From sequence record OK040806: a stretch of DNA of 64,000 bases; one strand, written 5' to 3'. Source of the DNA: Escherichia phage CL1. The notes below the pieces were generated by a model that had not been told where the DNA came from, ran no database searches, and worked only from the letters and a program-made list of their open reading frames with translations. Shown here in pieces: positions 61,235-64,000 of the stretch (position 1 is the first letter of the stretch; every line of letters begins with the position of its first letter). The position numbers and the translations under genes were made by a program.

Positions 61235-61578
61235 TACAGTTTCCTCATTAAATACTTTTTAAGTTGTGTGTTAGGTTTCTCAAAAACTTCTATAGAAGAT
61301 ATCTTAACAGCTTCACCACGCATACCTGTATGTTTGAATATATAGTACTCTAGCATTCCTATGTACTTTGCTGGTAAGTCGTGTTTAACATACACCGTTA
61401 CAGAATCTTCAAATTCGACAACCTTTGTACCATCTTTGTAGTTGAACTCTTTAGGGTGGTTGTAGTTGTCGATATCATACATTAAAAAGAGCCTTTTCCG
61501 TTGCATGTCAAGCTTATTAGTTAAAGACTCTTTGATATCTGAGAAGTTTTTGTACACTGTGACATGGAGCTTACTCAT
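61234..61578 (-). CDS. hypothetical protein
   Basis: 114-aa ORF, coupled overlaps on both sides. Confidence 0.4.
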   Translation of the reverse strand: MSKLHVTVYKNFSDIKESLTNKLDMQRKRLFLMYDIDNYNHPKEFNYKDGTKVVEFEDSVTVYVKHDLPAKYIGMLEYYIFKHTGMRGEAVKISSIEVFEKPNTQLKKYLMRKL

Positions 61579-61864
61579 CGTTAAACTCTCTGACGAAGAA
61601 ATAGTTGACTTTATTATTACCTACCATAAGGTCAAAGCAGGTATTCTCAAAAGGTTTGTTGTAAGCATCGTATGAAGTGTACGTATCAGCTACTTGTTTA
61701 GTGTTAAGCTTTTTACTTGATGGATTTAAGAGGCCACCATACAGTTTCTTGATAGCCTCTTCTACAACAGACCAGATAATTTCGTCAGTAATTTCTTCGT
61801 ACAGGTCGAGTTCACGTTCTAGTGAGAAGTCACAAATTGGGAAAATAACCTGTACTTTACTCAT
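61571..61864 (-). CDS. hypothetical protein
   Basis: 97-aa ORF. Confidence 0.4.
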   Translation of the reverse strand: MSKVQVIFPICDFSLERELDLYEEITDEIIWSVVEEAIKKLYGGLLNPSSKKLNTKQVADTYTSYDAYNKPFENTCFDLMVGNNKVNYFFVREFNDE

Positions 61865-62253
61865 TAACGAATAACCTGTGTTACCTGAATAGCTTCAGTT
61901 ACTGACAAATCACCAACCGTTTCTTCTTTGACGAAGGTGAATGTGAGTTCAACAGGCTCTTGCTCTTCTTGCTCAACCGGAATGCCGTTAAGTTCATCAC
62001 GGATTGATTGGGTTGTCCAGTCTTCGCCACCATCTGGGTAGTGGATTGCGTAAAGAGGGAACTCTATGTCAAACCAACCAAATACAGGGCAGCCATCTTC
62101 ATCATCTCGCACCCTACGTAGTGTGCTACCTGAGTCTATAAAACGAAGGCTGATATTCCCATTACACTCAAAAATTACTGCGTCGGCAAAACCAATGTCT
62201 TCTCGACCATCATGACCAAATGTGTCAACTTTTACTTGAATCTCTTTATTCAT
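61864..62253 (-). CDS. hypothetical protein
   Basis: 129-aa ORF. Confidence 0.4.
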   Translation of the reverse strand: MNKEIQVKVDTFGHDGREDIGFADAVIFECNGNISLRFIDSGSTLRRVRDDEDGCPVFGWFDIEFPLYAIHYPDGGEDWTTQSIRDELNGIPVEQEEQEPVELTFTFVKEETVGDLSVTEAIQVTQVIR

Positions 62254-62644
62254 AAAAACCTCTCTCTGCTTGTTCGATTTTTGCTCTTAGAACTTCACAC
62301 CGTTCAATGTGGTATCTGGCTTCATTCTCATGTGTTGCCAAAGTTCTTTCAAGAATGGTTTTATAGTAACCTGCAAGCTGCTCTCTTGTCAATGGGTTCT
62401 CTGAAATAATATCGAGACCACTTTCACCTAGAGTATTAAACTGCCCATGTTCATTTACATGGTAAGTTTCAAACTTGAATAGGCCATTATTAGCAGACTC
62501 AATAGGTGATAGCTCAACCAGCTCAACAGTAAACCTTGTATGTACCCTATCCCCAACTGTAACAACGTTACTTCCAATGATACGTACAAGTGAACCATTA
62601 CGGGTGTACTTAAAAGTCCCAAAGTCACTAGCCCAAAGCTTCAT
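62246..62644 (-). CDS. hypothetical protein
   Basis: start moved to ATG (MKLWASDF) with AAGGAG SD just downstream of the endolysin terminator; track N-terminal extension overlaps the endolysin gene. Confidence 0.4.
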   Translation of the reverse strand: MKLWASDFGTFKYTRNGSLVRIIGSNVVTVGDRVHTRFTVELVELSPIESANNGLFKFETYHVNEHGQFNTLGESGLDIISENPLTREQLAGYYKTILERTLATHENEARYHIERCEVLRAKIEQAERGFYE

Positions 62645-62663
62645 AGTTTTCTCCTTAGAAAAT

Positions 62664-62686
62664 AAAAAAAGGCTCCCGAAGGAGCC
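62664..62686 (-). terminator. intrinsic terminator after endolysin gene
   Basis: minus-strand GGCTCC-TTCG-GGAGCC stem followed by U7 (plus-strand A7 at 62664-62670). Confidence 0.65.
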
Positions 62687-62696
62687 TATGAAGATA

Positions 62697-63161
62697 TTAC
62701 TTTGGATATACACTGTCAAGATAAATGTCAGCTTCCATTCTTCGTCTATTTTTAAGACCGTTTGAAGTGACCTTCTGACCTTTGACTGTGACCTTGTTCC
62801 ACCACTGCATAGCTTCTGCACAACCCACCTTATTACCAGCATTGTGACGCTTGATAAATGTAGAATCCTGCATAGCTGTGATACCGATGTTGTATGTTTC
62901 ACTTACAAGTGCATCGAACTCATTCTGAGAAGTTGGAGCCTTGATAGCTTTATTCACTGCTGCAACAAACTTCTCAACATCTGCGAGAAGATACTGTTCG
63001 GCTTGTTCAGCAGTAATTTTCATACCCATCTTAACAGGTTTTCCGTCAATACGGATTGTACCATACCCGATTGTTGGGATTCCGGCAGAGTCTTTATAAG
63101 CCTCTAACTTCAGACCTTCAAAGAACTTAATGGCTTCTAAACCTTTTCTTGAGAGTTGCAT
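62697..63161 (-). CDS. endolysin (T4-lysozyme-like muramidase)
   Basis: 154 aa; N-terminal FFEGLKLEAYKDSAGIPTIGYG parallels the T4 lysozyme catalytic Glu/Asp region. Confidence 0.8.
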   Translation of the reverse strand: MQLSRKGLEAIKFFEGLKLEAYKDSAGIPTIGYGTIRIDGKPVKMGMKITAEQAEQYLLADVEKFVAAVNKAIKAPTSQNEFDALVSETYNIGITAMQDSTFIKRHNAGNKVGCAEAMQWWNKVTVKGQKVTSNGLKNRRRMEADIYLDSVYPK

Positions 63162-63997
63162 TATGCCTCCCCTGCTGGGTTAACTGTAACTGTTGCCGCA
63201 TTAGATGTTACAGAGCCACCCGCACCAGTCACTACGCAAGTGTAGCTTCCTGCATCAGCAGCAGTTGCACCTTCTTTGGTGTAAGTTGCAGTCGTTGCGT
63301 CTGGGATGTTTTCCTCACCCTTCTTCCACTGGTAACCTGTCGCACCTGTTGCCACAACGTTGAGTGTCAATGTCTCACCTTCAGTGATTTCTTGATTAGT
63401 TGGCTGTTGAGTGATTACCGGAAGTGCTTTAACAGTTACTGTTGCAGGGATAGAAGTAACGGAACCACCTGCACCTGTTACAACGCAAGTATATGAACCT
63501 GCATCTGCTGGTAGTGCGCCAGACTTGCTATAAGTAGCGTTTGTAGCTGAAGGAATATTAGAGCCATCTTTCTTCCACTGATAGCCCGTTGCACCTGTGG
63601 CAGTCACTTCCAAGCTAATGTTGCCACCCTCGTTGATGGTCTGGCTAGAAGGTTGCTTGGTAATAACAGGTAGTGCGTTAACAGTAACTGTTGCTGCATC
63701 TGAGGTGACACTTGTCCCACCCTCTCCAGACACAACGCAAGTGTATGAGCCAGCATCAGAAGGAGCTACCGACTGTTTTGTGTAAGTTGCAGAAGTGGCA
63801 CTTGAGATATCCTCACCATCCTTCTTCCATTGATACCCAGTGGCATTAGTTGCGAGAACACTTAGGGTAAGTGCTCCACCTTCATTGACTGTTTGGTTTG
63901 TTGGCTGCTGAGTAATTACTGGTGGCTTAATGGCATCCTTCAACTTAGCATTCAACATTGAGAACGGCTTAACTCTTGCCAACCATTCACAATACAC
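63161..63997 (-). CDS. Ig-like domain repeat protein (Hoc-like decoration/adhesin candidate); 5' end may lie beyond the window
   Basis: three ~90-aa tandem repeats each containing TGATGYQWKK...DAGSYTCVV (I-set-type pattern); track start is GTG 3 nt from window edge. Confidence 0.5.
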   Translation of the reverse strand: MYCEWLARVKPFSMLNAKLKDAIKPPVITQQPTNQTVNEGGALTLSVLATNATGYQWKKDGEDISSATSATYTKQSVAPSDAGSYTCVVSGEGGTSVTSDAATVTVNALPVITKQPSSQTINEGGNISLEVTATGATGYQWKKDGSNIPSATNATYSKSGALPADAGSYTCVVTGAGGSVTSIPATVTVKALPVITQQPTNQEITEGETLTLNVVATGATGYQWKKGEENIPDATTATYTKEGATAADAGSYTCVVTGAGGSVTSNAATVTVNPAGEA

Positions 63998-64000
63998 TGT

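Overview
The window is a densely coded, AT-rich segment of a virulent tailed-phage genome, not bacterial chromosome. All calls rest on reading the supplied ORF translations and the DNA by eye; no search or folding tool was run. Layout: (1) 1-8845, plus-strand baseplate and tail-fibre module; (2) 8883-19866, minus-strand block with thymidylate synthase, DHFR, ATP-dependent DNA ligase, family-A DNA polymerase, many small ORFs and two paralogous ORF-free elements; (3) 20124-50049, plus-strand replication and nucleotide-metabolism block (dNMP kinase, T7-gp4-like primase-helicase, SSB-like, RNase H/FEN, NrdA/NrdB, glutaredoxin, NrdD, a frame-interrupted NrdG, HNH endonuclease, a Prs-like plus NAMPT-like NAD module, rIIA/rIIB-like, macro-domain-like protein); (4) 50480-56888, an array of 15 small ORFs, 12 of them each preceded by one of two recurrent promoter/stem-loop cassettes; (5) 56889-58470, a 1.6-kb ORF-free repeat-dense region where the two transcription blocks converge; (6) 58471-63997, minus-strand block ending in a T4-lysozyme-like endolysin and an Ig-repeat protein. 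Gene content resembles Felix-O1-type myophages (inference only). No tRNA, CRISPR array, integrase or att site was recognised. Best candidates for something new: the cassette-organised small-gene array, the Prs-like/NAMPT-like NAD+ pair with a nearby macro domain and a possible ADP-ribosyltransferase, the 1.6-kb repeat region, and the paralogous non-coding elements. Several ORF-track starts use TTG/GTG and were moved to the first ATG with a Shine-Dalgarno; those starts are inferred.
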